A stretch of DNA of 64,000 nucleotides, from the IMG/VR virus record IMGVR_UViG_3300046311_000202; one strand, 5' to 3'. Made by a program: the position numbers and the translations under genes. Origin of the DNA: a virus (Duplodnaviria; Heunggongvirae; Uroviricota; Caudoviricetes). Positions 58,508 through 64,000 of the stretch are shown here, one piece after another. The notes under the pieces are model-generated. The model was not told the DNA's origin. It was given only the letters and a program-made list of their open reading frames with translations, and did no database searches. Position 1 is the stretch's first letter. The number at the start of each line of letters is the position of its first letter.

Positions 58508-58765
58508 TTATTCTTCTATAAATTGTCCAATTAAAAAATTCCCATTTTTAAAGCTAGGTTCATACTCTTTGTGGTCTGCTGTCATATCATCTAACTCATA
58601 GAAAGTGCTATAAGATGCTAGACCTAGTTCATTGCATACACATATTACGGGGGTTTCATCTCCCCTCAACGGATGCTCAACAAATACAATCTCTTGCCCT
58701 AAAGAATTAGTCATTCTGCCATACTCTGTTGGGTTATGTGCCATTAATTTTTCGTAATTTAACAT
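58508..58765 (-). CDS. Hypothetical protein of 85 aa
   Basis: ORF. Confidence 0.4.
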   Translation of the reverse strand: MLNYEKLMAHNPTEYGRMTNSLGQEIVFVEHPLRGDETPVICVCNELGLASYSTFYELDDMTADHKEYEPSFKNGNFLIGQFIEE

Positions 58766-58768
58766 AGC

Positions 58769-59188
58769 TTAGTTTTTTATAAGTAAAGTTTGTACATCAA
58801 TACTCTCTCTGTTATACTTCAAGTTCTTCATCCCGAGCAACCTTTCGTTAACTCGTTGGACTACAATTTTTCTATCAATATCTAACTCTTCGTAGTTATT
58901 GTATAAGTTTTTTGGCAACCCTCTGAAACTATCCGAGAAATCTGTTATGTTAAAATCCCTCTCAACACACTCTGCCGTAAGTTCTTCGTACCTCTCTTGT
59001 AGGTATCCTAACTTGTCGTAGAAAAATTTAACATGCCCAGTACCTAAAGTAAAACTGCTAGGTATATTTTTAACAACGGCTTTCCCCGACTTGATAGCGT
59101 TTGGAATTCTTAACAACTCTATACGCTCTTTAATTAAGTGGGCATCGCAAAGTTCAATCGCTCTAACCCCAACAGATATTCTAGTCAT
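58769..59188 (-). CDS. Hypothetical protein of 139 aa
   Basis: ORF with a -7 box at 59225-59232. Confidence 0.45.
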   Translation of the reverse strand: MTRISVGVRAIELCDAHLIKERIELLRIPNAIKSGKAVVKNIPSSFTLGTGHVKFFYDKLGYLQERYEELTAECVERDFNITDFSDSFRGLPKNLYNNYEELDIDRKIVVQRVNERLLGMKNLKYNRESIDVQTLLIKN

Positions 59189-59275
59189 AACTTATTTGTT
59201 TTTATGTGTTACTATTAACTTGTACAAAGATAACTATTATTTTGTAACTACCAAAACTTTTTTTTAATTATTTTT

Positions 59276-59791
59276 TTACCCTATTAGTTCTACCTCACTT
59301 GGTTCAAACTCTTGGTCTTCATCAAACATATCGGAATTATCTAATATGTGAGCCGGAATATATCCACATTCCTCAAATAGCATCTGTACATCAATACTAA
59401 AGCTACCTCTTTTTTCTAAACCTTTCATAACTCTAACCCCTAAAGCTTTCGCATCATCGCTATCCGAGAATAACCACTCTAAAAAGTCTCCTCTGTTAAC
59501 TCTAGGTTTCAAGTCTTCTCTGTCAATAACCTCCCCATTATACAAAACGTATTCTAGTTCGTCATCATCCTCTGTATCCCATTCTGTCCAATAGTTATCA
59601 CTATCACTAAAAGAGAAACCGAACTCGTCTTGGTCTTCAGCAGTCATTTCTTTCCACTCTTCGGGGGTATAGTGTTGCTCTAGGCATTCATCTGAACAAT
59701 AGTATTCAGCACCACCTCCTACTACATATCCGTTATTCATACCTCCACCACAACAAGTGCATTTTCTAGCAAATAATTCTAAATTTCCCAT
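59276..59791 (-). CDS. Very acidic protein of 171 aa with an N-terminal Cys cluster. DNA-mimic-type anti-restriction candidate.
   Basis: CTCCGGG...CSDEC followed by long D/E-rich stretches (FSFSDSDNYWTEWDTEDDDELE, DMFDEDQEFEPSEVE). Confidence 0.35.
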   Translation of the reverse strand: MGNLELFARKCTCCGGGMNNGYVVGGGAEYYCSDECLEQHYTPEEWKEMTAEDQDEFGFSFSDSDNYWTEWDTEDDDELEYVLYNGEVIDREDLKPRVNRGDFLEWLFSDSDDAKALGVRVMKGLEKRGSFSIDVQMLFEECGYIPAHILDNSDMFDEDQEFEPSEVELIG

Positions 59792-59793
59792 TC

Positions 59794-60066
59794 TTACTTT
59801 AGTATTGACATTACGTTACAAAAAAAATCTTCTTCTACAAAATATGTACCCTCGTAGTGAGCGATAACATTCTCCATTGGTATTTCATCGGGAAAAACAA
59901 TATCCCCTAGTACTTCTTCGTCTGTATCTAGTAGTTGATAGTAATAGCTATCTCTTAACTCTTCTAGTTCATCTATACTTAATTCGTGTACTGATTTCAT
60001 AGCTAATTGCTTTGGTTTAATATTATAAAATTTTCTAGTGTCTCTTCCCAATCTCTCTCTGTCCAA
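59794..60066 (-). CDS. Hypothetical acidic protein of 90 aa
   Basis: ORF. Confidence 0.4.
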   Translation of the reverse strand: MDRERLGRDTRKFYNIKPKQLAMKSVHELSIDELEELRDSYYYQLLDTDEEVLGDIVFPDEIPMENVIAHYEGTYFVEEDFFCNVMSILK

Positions 60067-60224
60067 TCTGTTCTGTAATGCTCTGAATACCTCTCAATAA
60101 ACTTTTCTGCCAATTCAATAGCCTTGTCTATCTTTGAGAAGAAACTGCCGTTAACATAAAACTCTAACAAATCATAATACATAATGTACGATGATACAAC
60201 TGCTACTTCATTACTCGAACTCAT
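60003..60224 (-). CDS. Hypothetical protein of 73 aa
   Basis: ORF. Confidence 0.35.
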   Translation of the reverse strand: MSSSNEVAVVSSYIMYYDLLEFYVNGSFFSKIDKAIELAEKFIERYSEHYRTDWTERDWEETLENFIILNQSN

Positions 60225-60534
60225 ACCCTACCTCTGTTATATACATTGTACTCCCATCAAAACCCTCTCTACGCATAGGCAACATGTAGATATCAAAGTA
60301 TCCGTATTGGTCTTCACGCTCTAGGTTGAACATCAAATTGTAATCTGTCGGTAAGTCCTCCTCACTATCAAAATCATCATTGTCTATTCTGTCTTGGGTG
60401 TTGTTCTCTAAAACTATCGGCTCTTGGAAAAAGTCGGATAACTTTTTGTTTAAAACCTCTTCGCTAAATCTTCGGTTAACTAGGTTCTCTAAAAACTCTA
60501 TTACCTCTGCTTGTCTCTCTGTATAATTACGCAT
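60211..60534 (-). CDS. Hypothetical acidic protein of 107 aa
   Basis: ORF. Confidence 0.4.
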   Translation of the reverse strand: MRNYTERQAEVIEFLENLVNRRFSEEVLNKKLSDFFQEPIVLENNTQDRIDNDDFDSEEDLPTDYNLMFNLEREDQYGYFDIYMLPMRREGFDGSTMYITEVGYEFE

Positions 60535-60919
60535 AACTTTCTGTATAAAATTTAACTCCTCCTTTAAAATTAGGCTCTACCTCTTGTGGCATATTGCCGT
60601 AGTGTGTTTCTTCCCAAGTTAGTGGTCTATTACCACCTACTTCTGCTCTTACTACATAGTGTAGGGAATACCAACGATTATCATACTCTTTTGATTCTGC
60701 TACAAGTTCTTGGAAAAACTCTAGGATGATACCCTTGAAAATCTTTTTTGAACTATACCCAAAATCTGTTCCTCCCTCCCAATAGTTGTCTTTGGTTCTT
60801 TTTAGGTGGGCATAATAAAACATACCTCTACGGCTCTGTGCTTGTACGGTTAACGTATCTGCATCGTGCTTAATAATATCAATCTGATATAAGCTATAAA
60901 CTCCTCTTTTCATAAACAA
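60527..60919 (-). CDS. Hypothetical protein of 130 aa
   Basis: ORF. Confidence 0.45.
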   Translation of the reverse strand: MFMKRGVYSLYQIDIIKHDADTLTVQAQSRRGMFYYAHLKRTKDNYWEGGTDFGYSSKKIFKGIILEFFQELVAESKEYDNRWYSLHYVVRAEVGGNRPLTWEETHYGNMPQEVEPNFKGGVKFYTESYA

Positions 60920-60978
60920 TAGGTTTTAAATTCTCCGTAAAGGTAATGTTTTTATTTTAATCTACAAAACTTTTTTTG

Positions 60979-61338
60979 CTAAAATTCACAATCCATACTG
61001 CAATATCCTTGCTCTTTTACACAATCTCGTATCTGAATACCTAGACCTAAATCTGCGTAGTCTGATAATTCTTCGGTAGTGATATTATTCTCTTTGAGCA
61101 TAGGTTCATTGTAGCTGTTGTGGTTCTCAAAGAATTTATCAATAACATCTTTTTTAGCACCTAGCTTTTCTTCAATAGCTTTTATCTCTTGCTCTATCTC
61201 CTCTAGGTTCTCTTCCTCGAAGTAATAAGTTATGTAAGCAGGTTCTTGTTCTACTCCACCAAACCTACTTGGGGCATTACTTGCTTGTAAACCAAACCAA
61301 AATTTTCCCTCGATGTCTCCACTATAATATCTTCCCAT
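60979..61338 (-). CDS. Hypothetical acidic protein of 119 aa
   Basis: ORF. Confidence 0.45.
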   Translation of the reverse strand: MGRYYSGDIEGKFWFGLQASNAPSRFGGVEQEPAYITYYFEEENLEEIEQEIKAIEEKLGAKKDVIDKFFENHNSYNEPMLKENNITTEELSDYADLGLGIQIRDCVKEQGYCSMDCEF

Positions 61339-61347
61339 AATTTCTAA

Positions 61348-62037
61348 TTATTTAATGATTACTTTAATACAAGTTTTTACTCCGTTAATAGTTCTTACCT
61401 CTTGGTTTAGGTATGCTTTTTCTACCTCTTTTTTATCGTAGTGTTTAGTTACCTCTTCGGTATTATCTTCAAAAACTAAAGTATAGTCTTTTAGGTTTAT
61501 AATTCTTTTTGTTACTAGTGTCTCCAAAATGTTTACATAATCATTATCTTCAAACACTTTAAAAATAGATTCAAAAGTTTCTGTCTCTCCCACTTTATCA
61601 CAATATACTTCTACCATTTCGGGATAGTAAGTTGGGTAATCTTCTCCGTATATAGTTTCAAGGTTGTCTGCATCTCTCCACCAATCTCTCAAGTAAGAGT
61701 AGTTAAAGTATACTTTGTCTTCTCCAAACCCTACATAAAACCCAAAGTCTCCTATATGCTTATCTTCGTGGTTGTGCGTGATAGGAGATACTAAATCGCT
61801 ATACTCTTTTAAGAAAGCTTTTAGTATACTATGGTCTGCTAAACACTTTTGTCTTTGCTCTTCAACTACTTGATTATTTCTTTCAACTAACTCGTTCAAG
61901 GCTCTTCTGTTCTCTTTACCTACTAGAATTGCGTTATCAATATCAAATAGTAAAGGGGCATTTTTTTCAATAAGTGCTAATTCTTTTTCTCTTTGTTTTA
62001 ATTCTTGTGCTTTCGTTAACTTTTTCATAATAATCAA
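61348..62037 (-). CDS. Hypothetical protein of 229 aa
   Basis: ORF with a -7 box at 62093-62100. Confidence 0.45.
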   Translation of the reverse strand: MIIMKKLTKAQELKQREKELALIEKNAPLLFDIDNAILVGKENRRALNELVERNNQVVEEQRQKCLADHSILKAFLKEYSDLVSPITHNHEDKHIGDFGFYVGFGEDKVYFNYSYLRDWWRDADNLETIYGEDYPTYYPEMVEVYCDKVGETETFESIFKVFEDNDYVNILETLVTKRIINLKDYTLVFEDNTEEVTKHYDKKEVEKAYLNQEVRTINGVKTCIKVIIK

Positions 62038-62167
62038 TTTTTAATGTTTGCCTACTATTGTATAGGGTTTCGGCTATCCCTCTTTTGTTTGACAAATGTA
62101 CGATTAAGTTTCTAATCTACCAAACTTTTTTTAATTTATTTTTGCCTCTATAAAAAAGCTAAATATT

Positions 62168-62656
62168 TTATACCTTAATAGTCCTAAATCTTGTATACTC
62201 TTTATTGATGTCTCCGTTGTTCAACTGCTCGATGAATTCATCAAAGTCCTCCCAAACTAAACCGCATCTCTCTGCCTCGTCCATAAACCTTTCATCTGAA
62301 CAATTTTCATAATCAAAGTCTTCGGGTATATCATCTATCTCTATACCATATATCCTAAAAGGTCTCTTGTTGTACTCTTGGATAAACTCTACTACTGCCT
62401 TGTATAAAGAATTTATATTTGTCTCTAGCAAAGCATCGTTCAATTTAAAGTTAAGGTCATCATTGGTAGTAGCATCTTGCTTATTAAAACATTCAACTAC
62501 TGCTTTCATTAACCAATTCCAATCTGTATTAAAGGATAAATACACTAAAGGTTCCTCTCCCTCCTTGTACCAATAACTTGTTGTAGGGTAATCGGGATGT
62601 GGTTGTGTATATCCTAAAAATTCTGCTATTAATCTGTTGTTTTCTGCTTTGTTCAT
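62168..62656 (-). CDS. Hypothetical acidic protein of 162 aa
   Basis: ORF. Confidence 0.45.
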   Translation of the reverse strand: MNKAENNRLIAEFLGYTQPHPDYPTTSYWYKEGEEPLVYLSFNTDWNWLMKAVVECFNKQDATTNDDLNFKLNDALLETNINSLYKAVVEFIQEYNKRPFRIYGIEIDDIPEDFDYENCSDERFMDEAERCGLVWEDFDEFIEQLNNGDINKEYTRFRTIKV

Positions 62657-62658
62657 AA

Positions 62659-62928
62659 CTATTGTTTTAAATAATTTTGTATTGCTAGTTCGTATATGTC
62701 TACTAGGGATTCAGAATACCTTTGTTGTGCTAGTCCTAGTATCTCTTCTTCTCTAGGCTCTGTACCAAAAACAAGCAGTTCTTCTCGGATATCATTGTAA
62801 ACACTATCTGCACCTGTATCTACTTCTCCCTCTAGTAACTTCAATAAGTCCTCGTTGTGTAGAATTTCATCACTAGATGAATAGTTAGGGTAATACTGCT
62901 CTACAAAATTCCAAATTGCTTGTGCCAT
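62659..62928 (-). CDS. Hypothetical acidic protein of 89 aa
   Basis: ORF with a -7 box at 62952-62959. Confidence 0.4.
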   Translation of the reverse strand: MAQAIWNFVEQYYPNYSSSDEILHNEDLLKLLEGEVDTGADSVYNDIREELLVFGTEPREEEILGLAQQRYSESLVDIYELAIQNYLKQ

Positions 62929-63030
62929 AATTTCTAGTTTTTAATGTTAATCAAAGGTAAGTAATAGTTTTTAATTGTGCAAGGAAAAAGTGTTAAAATT
63001 TTCGGGCATCATAAAAAAACTGCAAGGTTA

Positions 63031-63333
63031 TTATAAAACCTCTAATTCCATTTGTGAATTATACTCCTCTGTAATTAATAGTACCTCCTCTAGTACATCA
63101 TTAGTTAGTTCTGAATACATCATTGTATAATCTACTAGACTATCACTTGAATAACTACTACCACTATATATGGATACATCAATACAATCTAGGGATAGAT
63201 ACTCTATAAGGGCAACTAGACCACCTAGTTCTCCAACTACTATACTTGATTCTGTTTGTACCTCTGTAACGTTAAACCCTCCCCACTTGGATAGGATACT
63301 TAGCACTCTAGCTATTTTTTGTTGTCTAGTCAT
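63031..63333 (-). CDS. Hypothetical protein of 100 aa
   Basis: ORF with a -7 box at 63393-63400. Confidence 0.4.
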   Translation of the reverse strand: MTRQQKIARVLSILSKWGGFNVTEVQTESSIVVGELGGLVALIEYLSLDCIDVSIYSGSSYSSDSLVDYTMMYSELTNDVLEEVLLITEEYNSQMELEVL

Positions 63334-63532
63334 CTTTTTATCTTTTTTACTATATATTAATTGCCCGTAACATTATTGTTGTTTTGAAACTGCAAAGTAG
63401 GGTTAAATCATGGTGGGGGGCTATCCACCCCTCTATAAACACACACATTCTTTGAATTATTCTCAATAAATCCCCCATTTCATTATTAATTCTTTATCTC
63501 CCCCCCGAGCCGAGATGCGAATAATGCAATAA

Positions 63533-63730
63533 CTATTCAAAAACGATAGCTAGGTCTCTCTCTGCCATTTCATTTGCCAACCTCTCCCTCTCTTTCCCCC
63601 CTAACTTCTCTCTACTTGGTATGGCTTTCCACGTTATTTCTATCCCTAGTATTGTTACCCTAGTTTGTCCCCCTAGTACTGCACCTATGTATTGGTCTTT
63701 ATACTTCTGTGGTATGGTTGTCTTCTTCAT
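63533..63730 (-). CDS. Hypothetical protein of 65 aa
   Basis: ORF in the C-tract-rich region. Confidence is lower because the composition is biased. Confidence 0.3.
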   Translation of the reverse strand: MKKTTIPQKYKDQYIGAVLGGQTRVTILGIEITWKAIPSREKLGGKERERLANEMAERDLAIVFE

Positions 63731-63733
63731 TTG

Positions 63734-63952
63734 TTATGATACTAGGTTGATTAAACATTGTTTTGTTAGTCTTATTTGTCCTCTGTAATCTTCTATTACT
63801 ATCCAATCCTTCCCCTCTCTCTCGGGTATATCTGTTAGGGCATCTGTTTCTTCTTTGCTCCCCCCCTTGAATACTTCCTCTATACTATGTATGATACATC
63901 CTATGTTTAGGAATTCTATCTTGCCTATGATTATTGTTCTTGTGTATTCCAT
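63734..63952 (-). CDS. Hypothetical protein of 72 aa
   Basis: ORF in the C-tract-rich region. Confidence 0.3.
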   Translation of the reverse strand: MEYTRTIIIGKIEFLNIGCIIHSIEEVFKGGSKEETDALTDIPEREGKDWIVIEDYRGQIRLTKQCLINLVS

Positions 63953-64000
63953 TGCTGTTTTTTTATTGTGGCTTTTTAGGGGGAGAATTAACCCCCCCCC

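Noticed and set aside
26245-63952. Stop-codon recoding (TGA or TAG read as sense) within this window
   Set aside because: - Genes tile the coding strands with only short gaps.
- Each gap is explained by promoters, terminators or ORFs under 60 aa, for example 59-, 55-, 48- and 33-aa ORFs.
- There are no same-frame ORF pairs split by a single stop.
- The suppressor-like tRNA is therefore not linked to recoding here.
1-64000. CRISPR arrays, other tandem direct-repeat arrays, or rRNA
   Set aside because: No regularly spaced direct repeats or rRNA-like conserved blocks were seen. The only repeat structures are those listed above.

Overview
This 64-kb window looks like part of a virulent dsDNA phage genome. 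It is AT-rich and tightly packed, with no integrase, CRISPR or cellular housekeeping genes. Promoters match the Bacteroidota sigma-A pattern (TTTG, then 20 nt, then TAnnTTTG), which suggests a Flavobacteriia-type host. The convergent gene blocks and three giant virion proteins are reminiscent of crAss-like or podovirus layouts, but that is only inference.

Layout:
- 1-26190, plus strand: the tail end of the late/structural module.
  - A 5'-partial virion peptidoglycan hydrolase with PG-binding, CHAP and SLT domains.
  - A Gln/Glu-rich protein with three tandem repeats.
  - Two structural proteins of 657 and 951 aa.
  - Three giant proteins of 1888, about 1609 and 1904 aa, each of the last two with its own TTTG/TAnnTTTG promoter. 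The middle one carries three zincin-like HExxH-type motifs.
- 26196-26236: a bidirectional terminator where transcription converges.
- 26245-47754, minus strand: the replication and nucleotide-metabolism module.
  - Metallophosphoesterase, AEP-type primase-like protein, L,D-transpeptidase, family-A DNA polymerase, HNH/NUMOD4/AP2 homing endonuclease, DnaB-like helicase, dUTPase, HAD phosphatase, T4 gp1-like dNMP kinase, thymidylate synthase, a second phosphoesterase, SLT lysin, and class I RNR alpha and beta subunits.
- 47.9-48.97 kb: an ORF-free structured-RNA island.
  - tRNA-Met(CAU).
  - A 103-nt type-II tRNA whose anticodon parses as UCA, which would make it opal-suppressor-like.
  - Further tRNA-like fragments.
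- 48977-63952, minus strand: an early region of many small genes, often acidic or membrane proteins.
  - SPFH-like lipoprotein, PD-(D/E)xK nuclease, DEDDy exonuclease, and two tandem GT25 glycosyltransferases.
  - An odd C/G-homopolymer-rich, pyrimidine-skewed stretch at the window end.

The ORF track uses GTG/TTG starts in places. For example, the 15531 TTG lies inside a promoter box and the real start is probably the ATG at 15555. Plus-strand ORFs inside minus-strand genes, and the reverse, are judged spurious.
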